NCBI RefSeq assembly: GCF_964204645.1
Contig: NC_134029.1
Location: forward strand, 4,712,001 to 4,776,000
Length of the DNA stretch: 64,000 nucleotides
Direction of reading: 5' to 3'
DNA from: Tubulanus polymorphus
Taxonomy: Eukaryota > Animalia > Nemertea
Part shown: piece after piece, positions 61,758 to 64,000 of the stretch
Numbering within the stretch: position 1 is the stretch's first letter
How the letters are laid out: every line of letters starts with the position of its first letter
Notes under the pieces: model-generated
What the model was told of the DNA's origin: nothing
The model's database searches: none
Seen by the model: the letters and a program-made list of their open reading frames with translations, nothing else
Translations under genes and position numbers: made by a program

Positions 61758-62506
61758 TTATGTATCATCCGTGTAATATATATCACTGAATCTGTACTCC
61801 GAACAAATTGAACATGACTGTCGACCCTTCTGCTTTCTAGGTAATGATGTCTGTAGGCAGGGTCTGAAGTCTGTCTGAGCCTGTTCACTGAACGGCAATG
61901 AATCAACGAATTCATCGTCGTTGATGTCGGTCGCTTCCATTGGCTCAATTACTTCCGATACGGTATGTGAAAAGTTGTTGTTGATTGCTGACGGCTCAGG
62001 AGAACTACCGATCAGAAATAAATTCAATACAACTTATGGGCGTATATGTCATATATGAGAACAGTCAGGTGATATTCCCAGGGGTGGTTTGATTAGGGCT
62101 TTAGTTAAGATATTAAAAAAAGTCCAATTCAATATTATCTGTGTCAGGTCAGTGACTAATCAGTATTTTGAATTATCGACCCTCTTATCGAATCTCATGA
62201 TACAGTTATTTGTTTTTGTCATACCGATAAAGAGATGGGATCATAAAGAAACGGCCTATTTAGATTAATCAGGTTTTGAATTATTGCCCCTCTTGTGGCA
62301 AGTGATCTATCAGTGGTCTAGACGACTCGACTCATGCTCAAGGTTACGAGCACCAGAAAAAGTAACAAAATAATCAGCGAAATGAAAAATGACTGTTCTA
62401 TTGAAGATGATTCTACATTTGTTAATACGGCAACGCTATTATTCGTCCGAGGTATTTGAATGTTTATTGATTTGTCTGACGGTAGTTTTTGAATAATTAG
62501 TGGCAT
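61758..62506 (-). other. Possible upstream exon fragments of a minus-strand gene (acidic segment, hydrophobic TM-like segment)
   Basis: ORFs 61758-62027 and 62318-62506 (FFISLIILLLFLVLVTLS). Could not be spliced into one consistent frame. Confidence 0.2.
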
Positions 62507-62640
62507 ATCTGTGAACTTAAAGCAGTTAAAACGACCGATGAACTTCTTAATAATCAGTATCTGTCTGTTCCTAATTATTTCAACCTTTGTAAGTTAAACT
62601 GATATCGATATACGAGTCGACTGCTGTCAAGCCACTCAGA

Positions 62641-62706
62641 ATGGGTTCGAACCTGAGATGACGGGAATGACCCCCAGAATGGCAGGCGAGGATCCACCAG
62701 GTGTGC
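62641..62706 (-). mobile_element. tRNA-Gly-derived SINE remnant or tRNA pseudogene
   Basis: Minus strand reads CTCGCCTGCCA (tRNA-Gly-GCC anticodon arm) ...GGTTCGAACCC (B box). The cloverleaf is not intact. Confidence 0.35.
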
Positions 62707-63696
62707 TTCTAGGTAGGTTGGGTCGTCCGCGTTCGATTTCTTCTACATTTCAATAAATAAATCTAAATGAACATTTCTCTTGAATGGAAGAATTGTATAT
62801 TTGAGGGTGATGTGATAATATATGGATTGAGAGGAGTCTAAAAATCCAGTTCAAAGTTCATTGAGAATTAACTAATTTTGACAACGGATGACCTACTGCT
62901 CGTCACGCCATCAGGCGGGATAGCTGCTTTTAATGGGTACCCCATTATTTGAACAGGGAGGTGGGAGATTTATTAATTCGATCAACACTGACTATCCACA
63001 ATTACGAATGCCGTGTATTTTTGATAACTTTTGAGTCAAAAAGTGTTCAGCACTGTTAACTTTTTTGTGAAAGGTGGGCACAAATCAGGGCCAAAAAGTA
63101 GCACTTGACTTGCTACATTAGATCAGATTCAAACGGGTTTCTATACTCCTCTATTCCGCATCTTTCGAAATTCTAAGTCAATTACCACACGTTTTCATAG
63201 ATATAACTTTATTAATATCTGTTCATAATTTATTAAATTATCCGTAAAATGTACAATTATCATCATGACAACAGTGAATCTACACATATATATCTCAACT
63301 AACACGAGACGAAGAGATGCTCAATAATGACCGTTCAAGACATCGACTGATGGAAATATATCTACAGGAAAGCTGACTGTGAGGGAGCATTCATCAAATA
63401 CAAACACAAACTGTAGCTATATTGAAGAAGCTAAAAGCGAGTGACCAGTGAAAACAGCTTGGTAGCTATTTACATATTAAGTTCAAGGCCAATCATTTGC
63501 ATGTATTTCTTGTAACATTGTTTCTAGTGATGCAAGATGGTCTTGCCATTTATCTTATGTTTCAGTGCGTACAGTACAGTAACGTACAGTAGTTTAGAGA
63601 AAATACGTAGATGAAACACAATAACAACAAAAGGCATCTTTGTAATTCCACAGTTGTGTACATAAATAAAGAGTATCTAAGTAGAAGTCTATCATA

Positions 63697-63840
63697 AAGT
63701 GGAACCTCGTTACAACGATCTTCGGTGGACCAGAAAATACATGTATCCAGTATGATATAATTGAAATATTCCAATTTGGGACAAAATTCTAGGCTCGTAA
63801 AAACCGATAAATCTGAGAACGTTTCAACGAGGTTCCACTG
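63697..63840. mobile_element. Tc1/mariner-type (pogo/Tigger-like) MITE
   Basis: TIRs (a)AGTGGAACCTCGTT..AACG / CGTT..AACGAGGTTCCACTG, flanked by TA on both sides. 144 bp, non-coding. Confidence 0.75.
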
Positions 63841-64000
63841 TACGTTAAGGTAGGACTGTCTAAATTTCATCATTTTTGCACATGCACTTAAAGAATGCTC
63901 CCTTACAGGTCCATATTGTCAGCACTCGGATTGTTATTTAATCTCTGGTTGGTAATTAGGATTATAAGCCGCGCTTGGCTGGCTCAAAATGACCTGCATT

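Noticed and set aside
62641-62706. Functional tRNA-Gly gene
   Set aside because: The acceptor stem and variable region do not form a cloverleaf. Kept only as a SINE-like remnant.

Overview
This is eukaryotic (invertebrate animal) genomic DNA, not prokaryotic. Most of the window is one complete plus-strand teneurin (Ten-m/TENM family) gene. I traced it by hand as 25 core coding exons from ATG 8516 to TAG 57168. Splice phases are consistent throughout, giving 8253 nt and about 2750 aa. Domain order is Pro-rich intracellular domain, TM helix, linker with an RYKR furin-type site, 8 EGF repeats, Cys-rich, TTR/Ig-FN plug, NHL propeller, YD/RHS shell and ABD/Tox-GHH. A roughly 3.3 kb 3' UTR follows. 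The most interesting signals are unannotated, frame-preserving alternative splicing candidates. Early in the YD shell these are a 30-nt microexon behind a GC donor, a 105-nt alternative 5' extension, a 27-nt microexon and a possible 6-nt exon. Elsewhere there is a 60-nt His/Arg/Lys-rich NLS-like exon in the intracellular domain and a likely internal first exon giving a short-ICD isoform. Introns carry several MITE/foldback and tRNA-derived SINE remnants. A minus-strand NHL/beta-propeller-like ORF lies near 61 kb. All exon and repeat calls come from manual reading. No RNA evidence or database search was available, and the species cannot be identified from this window.
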